Below, one piece after another: positions 1 through 11,592 of a DNA stretch of 64,000 nucleotides. Source of the stretch: Lama glama. Its lineage: Eukaryota. Made by a program: the position numbers and the translations under genes. The stretch spans positions 14,510,001 through 14,574,000 of the forward strand of contig CM052818.1 of the NCBI GenBank assembly GCA_028534125.1, given 5' to 3'. Under the pieces are notes generated by a model. That model made no database searches. It was given only the letters and a program-made list of their open reading frames with translations, and had not been told where the DNA came from. The number at the start of each line of letters is the position of its first letter. Positions within the stretch are counted from its first letter, which is position 1.

Positions 1-742
1 TATAATGACGGCAGGGATTACAGCAAGAATGTGTTCCTCCTGCCAGGAGACAGCTCTAAACTCAGTTCGGGCAGAACATTAAGCCTTCTTAGGTGTTGAG
101 AGATCAAAACATAACTGTGACCTACTTACTGGGGGAAAGGGCAGACTAATATTTTAAAGGAGAGATGAAAGTTGATTTTCACTTTAGTGAGAATATTCAA
201 GGATAATAAGATCTGAATATCAAGCGAGAACACTCAGGACATGTCTCAGGAAAAGTATTTCTCAAAGTGTATCATATGCATTAAGAAATGCAGATTCGTG
301 TGCTCTCTCCCATGGCAGTGAATCCCAAATTTCTTGGTGGGGAGGGAACAGACTGGAATATGCATTTTCAAACAAGTGCACTATTAAGTCTTCCTGTATC
401 CAAAAATAGTGCTTGAAAACAGCACCAAAGTTTTCAGCTGAAAGAGCAGAGTGCAGATGCAGAAGATCTGTCTCTGCTGCTACTTTGCATCCGTTTAATA
501 AAAGTTTAGTGCTGGAAAGCACACACACATAAAAAAGTATTTATTTTAAAAATAATGACTCAATTGATAGGTTATTCTTCATCAGAATTTAAACCCACAT
601 TTAGCACCAAGTGGCCAACTACTCACTGCTTCACAACTCTACCCAAGACTAAATCTGTGATGAGTATTTTAAAGCCCACATTTGTTCAGCAGGCTCTATA
701 AAGTTTTAACCAATAAAAACGTCTGTGTGAAGGCTCTAGAGA

Positions 743-973
743 TGCACTGTCCAAACCAGCACCCACTGGCCACATGGGACTAAAAATGACCATGTGAAAT
801 ACATACTAGATTTTAAAGATTTAGTATAAAATGTGTACAGTATCTCATTTATAATAACTTTTCACACTGATTACATGTTGACAGTATTTTAGATAGTCTG
901 ATTAACTGATGTACCTTCCTTAGAAAATTTAAAATCACATATGGCTAGTATTATATTTCCTCCAGACAGCACT
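743..973 (-). mobile_element. hAT-Charlie DNA transposon fossil, MER33-like
   Basis: Ends tgcactgtccaa...ggccacatg and ...tatatttcctccagacagcactg; internal aaaatttaaaatcacatatggct. Confidence 0.7.
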
Positions 974-1754
974 GATCTGACATTTAAAGTAAATCACTGC
1001 TTTAGCTGATTAAATGCTCCACCAAAATTCTTGGTCATTCAAGTGCCTATGTTTAAACGGAATCTGACCTATACATACAGCCACTAATAACTGTTATTTA
1101 CTGTATCCATGTAATGTAAAAGATACAATTAGGTGCTTTCACCTCATTTTCCTATGTCTCTCAGCTGTCCTTCAATCTCCCATAACCACATAAACTCAGG
1201 GTCAGTTTCTTTTGCTATGTCCATAGCTTAGCTGAAAGGCTCTTTTGCAAAATTTTAGTTCATGAACGTTAGTGAGTAACAACTCCCACAGTAATTTTGT
1301 TTATAATTTCTGTCATTTTTAAATGTTCATTGATATACAGGCTTTCTCCCACCATCTCTCTATGCCACTGTTTTGGGGGAAAATTAATCAAAACTTGTGA
1401 ATGTTAGATGTTGAGGTTTTTATGCTTTTTTTCCTAATTACAGAATAGTTCAGATTTATTTCAGGAAAAATTCAAATACAGGTAATAAAAAAGTAAAGCC
1501 ACTTATAAAGACACTCAGAATATTTTGGTACACAGACTTTTAATTTTTTAAATTCACTGTGAGTGTTGATATAAAGATATTAATTCAAAATACTTTATCA
1601 GTATTTTCAAGCTAAACGTTGCACTTTTTAAAAGACCACTTTTCCTACTTCCCTAATTTGTGCTGATCCCACAAAATATAACCTAAACCATAAATACACA
1701 TCCCCTGTAAAAAGAAAACGTTTACCTTTCACATTTCTTTAAAAGGTTAAAGTT

Positions 1755-2165
1755 TTTTAATATGTCAGTTTCAGGTGTAGAGCAACAGAACTCAACAACT
1801 GTATACACTACAAAGGGATCACCAGCACAGGTCTAGTTACCATTCATTCACTACCCGGTCAAGCCCCCTCACCCCTTCACACCCACCCACCCCCTGCCTC
1901 CCCTTGCTTCTGATAACCACTAACCTGATCTCTGTATCTGGGACTTCGTTTCTGGTTTATTTTGTTTGTTCGGCTTTTGTTCTGTTTTGTTTTGTTTTAG
2001 ATTCCACGTATAAGTAAAATCACATTCTATTTCGTCTCTCCATCTGACTTTTTTCACTTAGCACCATAATACCTTCAAGGACCATCCATGTCATTGAAAA
2101 GGACACAATTTCATTCTTTTTAAGGCTGAGTAGTAAATTCCGTTGTGCATGTATACCACATCTTC
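1755..2165 (-). mobile_element. L1 3' end fragment
   Basis: Antisense L1 3' motifs: tttagattccacgtataagt, tttcacttagca, ggctgagtagta, gtataccacatcttc. Confidence 0.85.
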
Positions 2166-3033
2166 TAGTTTTGTTAAACTAGAAGTTTAAAAATATTAAA
2201 GTTTTATGTTTTGTTTTTATTTTTTTACAAAATTCTGGTTTCGAAAAAAAAGTCCAGTTTATCATGAATCACTGTCTTCATCACCACATGGTTCACACTG
2301 CTGCGGCAACGTCGTCAGAGGCCAGGAATGCAGGTATGCCCTCACAGGATGCAGTAACCAGTTACAGAACGCAGTCACTGCACAGCGCTCTTGCCTTGGG
2401 GAACTGGCAGGGTGATCGCTTCACTACACAACATGATGGATCAAAGCTCTTCTCATCTTCGTTTCGAATTGTAAATGGTAGCACATTCAATTTTAGGCAT
2501 AAATACGTATCTCACCAGCCTTATACACATAAAAATTTTGACTGTGGCAATAGTCAATATTAACGCTGTTTTTGAAAGTTCAAAGTCTTGAACTTTTCAC
2601 CAGCTAAAGATTCGAGAGACTCCCTCTTCACCTAACTTGCATGAGGGGGAACCTTCAGATGAAAGATTTCTCTACTTTGGAAAAAGCTGCTGTTTCCAGT
2701 CCCACCAGTCTCCCATGAAGACATGAGAATTCAGTTCCCTGCGCATCCACCTGTGTTTCCCGCTTATGTTTCTGACCAGTAAGGAGCAGGAGGGGTGATG
2801 AGTAACAAGACAGGAATCGGGCAGATTTTCAAGCCAAAAAGTTTAAAGAAAATGGAGAGATTCAACACTCACTGGGCAATGGAACTGAACCAACTCCAGA
2901 CTCTTTCTCGTTTATGATGATAAACTGACACTTGATAAGTGACTACAGGTCAGGTTTCTACACTTAAAAGAAATAGACACGTCACACAGCATACCAGAGA
3001 AGCCATCTCCCTCATGAAATAGCCTACTGAGTC

Positions 3034-3749
3034 TGTTACTCCAACATGAAATGGGTGTCCTAGAATTCAATTCAATTCTGACCCTAACTGACCAGAGTCA
3101 GCACAGACCCCACGGCTAAGGGCTCAGCCCCACAAGACTGCTCCCACTTTCAGACACCACGCTCCCGCCCCGGGCTCTGTACTTCTGACTGACTGGCTCT
3201 TAATGCAGGCGTTCCCATGACCACCTCGCCTCAGTTTCGATAATTTGCTACAGCAACTCACAGGACTCAGAAGAACACTTTACTTATGTTTGCCAGTTTA
3301 TCATAAAGATTAGAACTCAGGAACGCCAAGAGGTGTGCAGAACTCCCGCGCCCTCTCAGGGAGCACCACTCTCCGAGAATACTGATGTGTTCCCCAACCC
3401 AGAAGCTCTCAAAATCTTGTCGTTGAGGGTTTTTATGAAGGTTTCATTTGTAGGCATAACTGATTGAATCATTGGCCATTGGTGACTGAACTTGACCTCC
3501 AGTACCACCTGTCTCACTGGAGGTCGATGGGCAGGGCTAAAAGTTCCCACCTTGTAAACCACCTGGTGGGCAGCCCCATCCTAAGGCTATCTATCTAGAT
3601 GTCTCACCCTAAGTCACCTCCTTAGCATAAATCCAGGTATGGTGAAATGGCTTTTTATGAATAACAAAAGACACTTGTTAGTTCTAAGGGTTTTAGGGAC
3701 TCAGCCCAGGAACAAGGACAAAAACCAAATTTATTCTTCTTACACCACA
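3034..3749. mobile_element. Solo LTR, MER21-like
   Basis: TG...CA ends; motifs ttcaattctgac, aagggctcagccccacaagactgc, cacaggactcagaag; ctgagt flanks both sides (3027-3032, 3750-3755). Confidence 0.75.
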
Positions 3750-4422
3750 CTGAGTTAAAAGCAGTTTCCAAAGATGAAGAGAATGAAAGCAAGTAAAACT
3801 GAAATTAAGAATGATTTTTACAATTCACAGGAAGGAAAAAAATATATATATATAATCCTAGTAATAAAGTATCTATAAATTGGGTAAAAATTAGTAGCAA
3901 GTAGTTTACCTAACCTACTTCCTTAGAGATACAGACATTTAAAGCCACTTAGTAAAGGACATAACACTAAGTGGTGGTTACACTATCAATAAAAGATACA
4001 CTGCACTGCAAAAAGATGGAATTCCTGCATGACAGTCTTTTGTAAATTGCCTCAAAATTCAGGCAGCCGTCTAGGGAAGACTAGACAGGTAGAGCACCCT
4101 AAAGGGCCACAGAAAACTTGATGTGTACATTTCTACTGCTCCAACCCATAAGTTCCTGCTTCCAAACATGCTTTTGGAACAGAAACCCTACAACAGCACT
4201 CCCTTACGCTGAGCCTATCACTAAACCACTTCCTTATAACGGAAGCTATCTCCCTTTTCTCAAAATCAGGTGGTCAGCCTTCCACATCATGCCCACATAA
4301 AGTGTATCTTTTAAGCTAACTGTTGAGTTTGATATTCTAATTCTCCCTAGACTTTAGCTGGGTCTGGATGAAATGGTCTTAGACACCCAAGGAAGCAGAC
4401 CAGATGACCATCAACAGTCTAC

Positions 4423-4608
4423 ATCAGTCTCAAAATGTGATGCCCCAGACCAGTGCATCAGCACCACCTGGGAACCTGTCAGAAACATAAATTATCAAGT
4501 AACATCCTGAACCTACTGAATCAGAAACTCGGGGGCAAGGGGGCACCACCTGTGCTTTAACAAAACCTCCAGGTGACTCTGAAGCCCGCTCAAATTCTAG
4601 AACCATGG
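4423..4608. mobile_element. MER5A-like hAT DNA transposon
   Basis: catcagcaccacctgggaac, acctactgaatcagaaactc, tttaacaaaacctccaggtga. Confidence 0.85.
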
Positions 4609-4989
4609 TTCTAGACACTGCTGGCTGACCTATTATCAGCATAAAAGGTTTCTTAGTGCAGAGTTTTTGGGGGTTTTTTTGTCCCACAGAACTGGGAAGT
4701 CAGGTAATAAGTAAGATAATTTCTTCCACTAAACAGACAGTTTTCCTGCTGTCTTCTGGATTCACTCAAAGCCATTCTTTTTTTCCCCACATTATTTATC
4801 CTAGAAGCAGCAAGTTTTCTTTTCAGTAACTTCTCATGGTTACTCATGGCCTTTTCCAGGCCACAGGATGCATTCCTGAGGTCTAAATATCTTTTTAACA
4901 TGTCTGAATTACCCATTATCAATACTCTACACCAACGAGCTTTGTATCATTTTATATTTAACTGAATATAAATAAATACTTAGTATACA

Positions 4990-5200
4990 CTCTAGACCCA
5001 GTCTGCGTTCAGCCACTATTAGCAGTGTGATCTTGGGCAAGCTACTTAATCTCTCTGTGCCTCAGTTTCCTCGTCTATACACTGTAGATAATAACCTCCC
5101 CCATATTGTTGTTATGAGATTAACTGTTAATATACACAATGTGTTTAGAACAGTGCCTGGCACTCAGTAAGTACTATATTGAGTATTTACTACTATTATC
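4990..5200 (+). mobile_element. MIR SINE
   Basis: Core tgtgatcttgggcaagctacttaatctctctgtgcctcagtttcctc and tail agaacagtgcctggcac. Confidence 0.9.
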
Positions 5201-5382
5201 ATACCTACAATTGTTCAGGGACCAGGATAGCAATAGAGGGAAAGGTATCTTAGGAAGCGTAGGGACAACTGATCAATCCTAAGGACAGCTGGAGATCTCC
5301 TCCGGAACTACAGAACAGACACAAAGAGCAGGGAGCTGCTCTGCAGTTCACATGGAAAATTCTCCTTAAAAGGGAGCTAATA

Positions 5383-5463
5383 CAGTTGACCCTTGAACAT
5401 CATAGGGGTTAGAGACACCAATCCTCTACAGAGTTCAAAGCCATGATGTTCAAGGGTCAACTG
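5383..5463. mobile_element. 81-bp Tigger2-type MITE
   Basis: Perfect 21-bp TIRs cagttgacccttgaacatcat (5383-5403) / atgatgttcaagggtcaactg (5443-5463); TA on both sides. Confidence 0.9.
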
Positions 5464-5779
5464 TATCTGGTAGTCTGGAACCAGAACGTAAGTGACTCGT
5501 GACCAAAGATAATCAGCCACTAATATACTGGTCTAAAGGCTCAAGTGAATACTCAAGAAAAAGAGGTAAGAGAGTAAAGTACAAGTCAATCCACTAGCAC
5601 AAGGCTGGACCATGGTTTCCATAAAGTTCAATGTTAATGAATAAGCCAGAAAATAAAGCTCCAATTCTGGAGTGACTATCTGGTTAATCATTCATTTATG
5701 CCCTCAAATCAGGCAAACTCAAGAAAGATATTTAAAACCACCAGAAACAAATAATCCTCAGGCAGCTGAACAATTTTCC

Positions 5780-6350
5780 TATGGCATTTAGTTGGCTGCA
5801 TCCCAATATCCATTTCCTTCTTCCTCCTTCCGGTTAGATTCCAAGTTTTCTAGCCAAGCAAGTTGTTTGGGTGGGACTGACCCCTCACCACCCCCCCTCC
5901 CCAAACCCCTGCATTCCAAGATGCATCCTGATTAGCTGGTGTCACTCAGCCTAGCCTCTTCCCACTCAGCGCAGAGAGGGTCTGAAAGAGGCAGGTGGCC
6001 CCAGCACAATCAGTCAAGGCAGTGAGGCTGGTCCCAGGGCCATGGTGGGAGTACAGCACTGGGGAGGTAGAGGTGCTCTTTTCTGCTGGATGTCCTTATG
6101 GTCAGAGCTGGACCTGGGGCAGCCATCCCGGGACTCCAGGATCCCAGGAGCCTACCTGAGAGTGGAGTCCACACCAGCAAGCAAAGCCCAGAAGTGGAGA
6201 GAAAGAATCTGGATCCTCGGCACACCATTTAAGCCCGGAGTAAGTCTGGTTTAAAGGCTGAATCGGTCTACTATTCTGTCACTTCTCTTTGTCATTTAAA
6301 CCACTTTGGGTTAGGTTTCCTTTTGCTTACAATCAAGAGAATGCTAAGCC
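5780..6350. mobile_element. Old ERVL-class LTR (LTR16/LTR33-like)
   Basis: Degenerate motifs ggcagccatc, cctgagagtggagtccacac, agaagtggagaga, tttaaaccactttgggttaggtttc. Confidence 0.5.
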
Positions 6351-6913
6351 AACGCATGCCTCATCATCAGATTACACTGTAAAGATCACAAAAAAGTGAG
6401 CTATCTTCACAATGAACAGTCAACTTACCTGTTTAAGTTACGCCCTCAATTTACTTGTCATAATTAAACGTAGTAGGGAAAATTTTTTCTTTTCTCACTT
6501 GGAAACATTTTATTTGAAATCTCAAAGTACAGAGGGAAGATTTGAATAAATTCCCCATTGCCCCTTGGTTTACACAGGTTCAATACTGCTGAGTTTTCAC
6601 TGAGATGGAACGCCTTCCTGATCTTCAGGGCAATTTCAGGGCAAAACACTCCCCAGCCCATCTAGGCCATGGTAAAAGTGTGCTCCAAGTATTGAACGGC
6701 AACAAGGGAGTGAGAAATCACAAAGAATGCGTTCCTGTTCACTTTATCAATGGCAAACTTACCTGTTATATTGCATTAAATGTGCCCTCACCAGATTAAG
6801 CTATTTTCAGATCTAAAACCCTTATATGTGATACTGACCTTGGTCACTCAAAGTAAGTACTGTAACAGGTCGAGTTAATTCATATAACCTAAGTACACAG
6901 GTTAATCAGTACA

Positions 6914-7284
6914 CAGTTGACCCTTGAACAACATGAGTTTGAATTGTGCAGGTACACTTTTACGTGGATTTTTTCCATAAGTCCATGTATGTACAGTAAA
7001 TGTATTTTTCTCTCCCTTACGATTTTTCTTAGTAACATTTTCTTTTCTCTAGCTTACCTTATGGTAAGAATGCCAGTATATAATACATACACATACACCA
7101 GTATATAACACATATAACTGACAATACATGTTCATCAACTGTGTATGTTAGAAACAAGGCTTCTGGTCAACAGTAGACTATTAGTAGTTATGTTCTGGGG
7201 GAAGGGAGTCAAAAATTATATGTGGATTTTTGACTGTGCAGGAGGCTGGCACCCCTAACCCCAGCATAGTCCAAGGGTCAACTA
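6914..7284. mobile_element. Tigger2a-like non-autonomous DNA transposon
   Basis: Starts cagttgacccttgaacaacatgagtttgaattgtgc and ends ccaagggtcaacta followed by TA; internal ggtcaacagtagactattagtagtt. Confidence 0.85.
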
Positions 7285-7597
7285 TATTTTTGCATAAGGT
7301 ATAGTACACTTCAATATTCTAAACTGTAACATGTGTCAAAAATTAAAGTATTCTTACAAATCTAGGCCAGCTCTTCCTGAACTGCTATAAAACCACCCTG
7401 TGCTCTGAATCATTTTGGCCTTGGGACTGACAGTTCCCCCAATACGGAACTGGCCACCTTATGAAACGGTCAGTTTGCTCTGGTGGGACACGTTCAGGTA
7501 GTGGGGAGGCGATCTTACAGCAGGGACAGGGTGGATGATTTTAAGGGGCCTATAAGGCTCCCCCAGGCGTCTGCAGTGGGGCGTGAGGGAGACTGAC

Positions 7598-7745
7598 CGG
7601 CCAGAGCCTTGATGCGCGACCGCTCAAAGAGCCGCGCCGAGCTGTTCTCGTTGTCCCAGTCGTCCACGTCCCAGCGGTTGTTGACATCGCTGTACTGCTG
7701 CTGGATCTCAATGTTGTCGTAGTCTGTGGCTACTGTGGTCGTCAT
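7598..7745 (-). CDS. SPTBN1: Spectrin beta chain, non-erythrocytic 1 (beta-II spectrin), first coding exon (148 nt: 49 codons + 1 nt, phase-1 donor); gene continues beyond the left edge
   Basis: Translation [49 protein letters not shown] is the recognisable beta-II spectrin N-terminus before the CH domains. ATG 7745-7743 in context ccaagATGa; in-frame TAA 42 nt upstream; donor CCG|GTCAGT after 7598; CpG-rich codon usage. Confidence 0.97.
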
Positions 7746-7792
7746 CTTGGACCGTCTCAGCTGCTCCTCCACATCAGCTCCTTCTTAGAGGT
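7746..7792 (-). other. SPTBN1: 5' UTR part of SPTBN1 exon 2 (47 nt)
   Basis: Acceptor ggttttccttctctttctcacag| on the minus strand (AG at 7794-7793) with a strong polypyrimidine tract, 47 nt before the ATG. Confidence 0.9.
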
Positions 7793-7904
7793 CTGTGAGA
7801 AAGAGAAGGAAAACCCTTTTTATAGGTCTAAACATGTAGATTCCCAAGAAACCCATGGGGACAAAGGTGGGCAGAAGGAAACACAATTCCTACATGCCAA
7901 GAGC

Positions 7905-8070
7905 AGGCCTCTGGAGGCAATCACAGCTGGTTTTCAACTTCAGCACTGCCTCATTACATGTGTGTGACCTTGGCTAAGGGACCTGACATCTCTGAGCCTC
8001 AGTTTCCCCAGTCATTAAAGGGGGAAGGTACTCTACAGGTTATCGACAAGATGGAAGGAGATGATGGGTG
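7905..8070 (+). mobile_element. MIR SINE fragment
   Basis: tgtgtgaccttgg...ctctgagcctcagtttccc core. Confidence 0.8.
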
Positions 8071-8609
8071 CCCAACAAAGGGTGGGTTCCTTCCTTCTTT
8101 CTAAAGCTTAAATTATGCAATTTTAAAGCTTCATTAGAGCTGGATGAATATCTACCTTGGGCTTCCAAATGAACCAATTTATTTCTATTGTATGTCACCA
8201 TAAACTACAAACCTTTAGCTTCTCCTGGAAATTCATAAAATGTGATATGAGAGAACAGATCGTTGTATCTAAAGATCTTATTTACATATCAGAGAACTGA
8301 TGCCCCAGACTAAATGAATAATAAATGTATGGCACCAAGGACAGGACTGCTGTTTAGCGATGCTAAATAATGACCCAGTAATGACTGCAATTATGTATAT
8401 GGCTGTTACTGCATATTTCTATTACCAACCCCAATACCCACACCTCAGGGACCCTCCCAGGGCCAGTGTTTTACAGGGATACATGAGAAACTAGAACTTT
8501 GGCCTCAACTTTTGACCCACTGCCATCTTTAGTTGATCACAGTGCCCTCACAGAAGTAAGAGAAATACATTTAGCTTTACATACATAGTTTCTCCCTTCA
8601 ATATAGCTA

Positions 8610-9470
8610 TTATTTACTCACAGAACCAAAATGTACTGCAGACCTACTACACACTCAGCACTGTTCCAGATGCTCGGGATAACAGTAAATAAGACAAGGA
8701 CCCAGATCTAGTGAAGCTTACGTCCTAGTAGGAAGAGCTGGACGAAAAGCACACAAAAAAAGGCAAGATAGTTGAAAGAAAATAAAATGAAACTGGCCTG
8801 ATGTGGTAGTGAGTGATCAGCGATACTGTATTATAACCGTTTTGGTGCACACCTGAAACTAATATTGTAAATCAATCACACCTCAATTAAAAAAAAAACT
8901 GCATTAGACACCTCATAGCTGCGAAGGGGCTAGACTCAATCATCCTCACCATAAAAGAGAAAGGATGACTATGTAAAGTGACGGAGGCGTTGGCTAACAC
9001 TGCAGTGGCAATCATACTGCAACACTTAAACGTATCAAACCACATATCCTTAACCCTGAACTTACAAAATACTAGCTGTCGGTTATCTCTCCATTTAAAA
9101 ACAGAAGAGAAAAGATGAGTGAGTGACTATTTTAGATCTGGTGGTCAGGGAACACCTGATTTCAGTGATCCTGTCACACTTAGATCAAGAGAAATAACAT
9201 TCCAGGCAAAGGAAACAGCTCGTGTAAAGACCCCGCGGAGAGTAGAGCAGGGCCTGGGGGAGGAATGAGGAGCTCAGTGTGGCTGGAGTCTGGTGGGCAA
9301 GGAGACAGGCAGGAGGAGGCTGGAAAGGCAGGTGGGCCAGACCACGAAGGGCTGTTAGCCTAAGTGTGACGGGAGCCACAGCAGGATTCTGACCTAACAA
9401 CTGACATCACTGGATGTCTATTTTTAAAAGATCAACCCTGGTGCCATGTGAAAGACAGCTTCAAGAAGGT
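8610..9470 (-). mobile_element. L2 3' fragment interrupted by L1 pieces
   Basis: L2 motifs cctactac...cagcactgttc...gaagcttacgtcctagt on the left; ggtggtcaggga, cattccaggcaaaggaaacagc, cagtgtggctggag on the right. Confidence 0.75.
8817..9117 (+). mobile_element. Two nested 5'-truncated L1 3' ends
   Basis: cacctgaaactaatattgtaaatcaa...ctcaatt-poly(A), then tcctcaccataaaa...aactatgt-like L1M tail; 9-bp direct repeat agtgagtga at 8808-8816 and 9118-9126. Confidence 0.75.
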
Positions 9471-11092
9471 AAGGATGTGCGCTGAATTCTTATTGGTGTG
9501 GTTAAGTTTCTGCACATTCTATAGACAAAGCTGTCTGAGTAAATTAAAAAGAGGAGAAGGAGGAAAAAGAAAGATGCACACATCCCCCTCAGTGGCAGGA
9601 CGATGTCCCGAAGGAAAGGATGTTTGTCACCTCCCCTCCCACCCTCTCCCACCTGCTCCATCTTAAGATTCAAAAATTAATGATAAGATTCTGAACGTAG
9701 ATGCTCATTTCATGAAAACCTCATTCAGCGAGCACAAAGAAGGTGGGCACAGACCAGTCAGCAGCCTAATCACTAGAGCTCATGCACCAACAAGACCAGA
9801 CACCGTCCAGCAACCACAGAGCGACCACCCAAGTTGACATCTTCCCCTCACCAATGTCACCAAACAAAAAAGCCAACAAAGCCACATACTCAGAAAAGAA
9901 ACATTTCTCTTAACGTGCTTCAAAATGTAGCTTTTCTCAAGTCCCAGCACAGAACCACACGTGGCACATGGAACCAGGATTCCGTGGTCAGTAAGTCAAG
10001 CTGAAACAAATGAGCTGTACCTCAGAGTGTAATAATCAGTGACACCAGCACAGATCTGCCCTCTTTTGTCATTAGCTGTTTTCCCATAAGCTATCCGAGA
10101 ACACCACCAACACATCCTCTGTGTTCCTGGGGAGGAGGCAGTGCATCCACCTCACAACTGAGCCACACAGCTGTCTCTCACAAAGTCACCCACTTTGCTC
10201 AAACAGGAACATCTTGGATGGGAGTAAAATCCTGGATTCCCACCAGGTGGACATGATAAACATCAACAACATAAAGTTATCAGAAGATTCATTTTAACAT
10301 CTCCATTAGCAATGTATTTTAGAAATTTTATAATAACACCAAAACAATTCAGACAGCTAAGCCAGTAAGTATATTCTAGTAAAGGATCTTACAGTTGCCT
10401 TTTACATTCAGAGTCATAACCCCTTCAGGAAAAAAAAATCAATATTGCTGTGTACCATTTGACCTTGGAGATGGTACATTTTTATGACTATCAAATCCAT
10501 AGACTTCTGTAACATCCAGCCTTATAAGAGGCCATCTCTAGGGGGAAAGAATGTGAAAATGGTATTAACTCCAAATTGCTGAAAGTACACAAAGTGTGAT
10601 TTACACCAACTCAAGGTGAAATCTAAACACCATGTACCTCTTTCCAGATTTGTTCTGGCTATTTGGTGCCACCTGCTGACCAATGAGAACCAGCCACACC
10701 ACGTCCCGCAGGGCAGCTACCAACCTGTGCTCCAACCCCCTCACCCCCGACTTTGCTTAAATAAGCCCAGCTACAACCCCACGAATTTCTCTTCCTACCC
10801 TGACTTAGCCCCCAAATCACTGGCTGCTTTCCACAAATTTCTCAACAAGCAAGTGTTAATCCTTGACTTAAGTTTAAAATAACTCATTCAGAGAATGTAA
10901 GCACATTTTTTCTAAGTATCTTTCTTGAAAGGTGTTCTTTAATAACATCACTGTTCCTCAAAACAAAGAGGTGACTGGAAGTTAAAGTTCCTACAAGTCT
11001 CTATACAAAAGAAATATCAACTATAAGCTATTCTTTTTACTTCATTGTTTCACTGGAGTGTCTAGAACTTGCATATCAGGGCCATTTTTTTT

Positions 11093-11592
11093 NNNNNNNN
11101 NNNNNNNNNNNNNNNNNNNNNNNNNNNNNNNNNNNNNNNNNNNNNNNNNNNNNNNNNNNNNNNNNNNNNNNNNNNNNNNNNNNNNNNNNNNNNNNNNNNN
11201 NNNNNNNNNNNNNNNNNNNNNNNNNNNNNNNNNNNNNNNNNNNNNNNNNNNNNNNNNNNNNNNNNNNNNNNNNNNNNNNNNNNNNNNNNNNNNNNNNNNN
11301 NNNNNNNNNNNNNNNNNNNNNNNNNNNNNNNNNNNNNNNNNNNNNNNNNNNNNNNNNNNNNNNNNNNNNNNNNNNNNNNNNNNNNNNNNNNNNNNNNNNN
11401 NNNNNNNNNNNNNNNNNNNNNNNNNNNNNNNNNNNNNNNNNNNNNNNNNNNNNNNNNNNNNNNNNNNNNNNNNNNNNNNNNNNNNNNNNNNNNNNNNNNN
11501 NNNNNNNNNNNNNNNNNNNNNNNNNNNNNNNNNNNNNNNNNNNNNNNNNNNNNNNNNNNNNNNNNNNNNNNNNNNNNNNNNNNNNNNNNNNN
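11093..11592. other. Assembly gap (500 N)
   Basis: Exactly 500 Ns, a round placeholder length, preceded by a T run. Confidence 1.

Larger units (their letters stand above)
1..7597 (-). other. SPTBN1: SPTBN1 intron 2 (partial)
   Basis: Starts at GT 7597-7596; no further spectrin-like peptide in any listed ORF to position 1. Confidence 0.85.

Noticed and set aside
7598..7745. Link to the elliptical erythrocytes of camelids
   Set aside because: This is the non-erythroid paralogue, and the peptide matches the human sequence as I recall it.
7515..7772. 85-aa ORF as a complete protein
   Set aside because: It is the SPTBN1 exon extended from an upstream GTG and read through the splice donor into intron 2.
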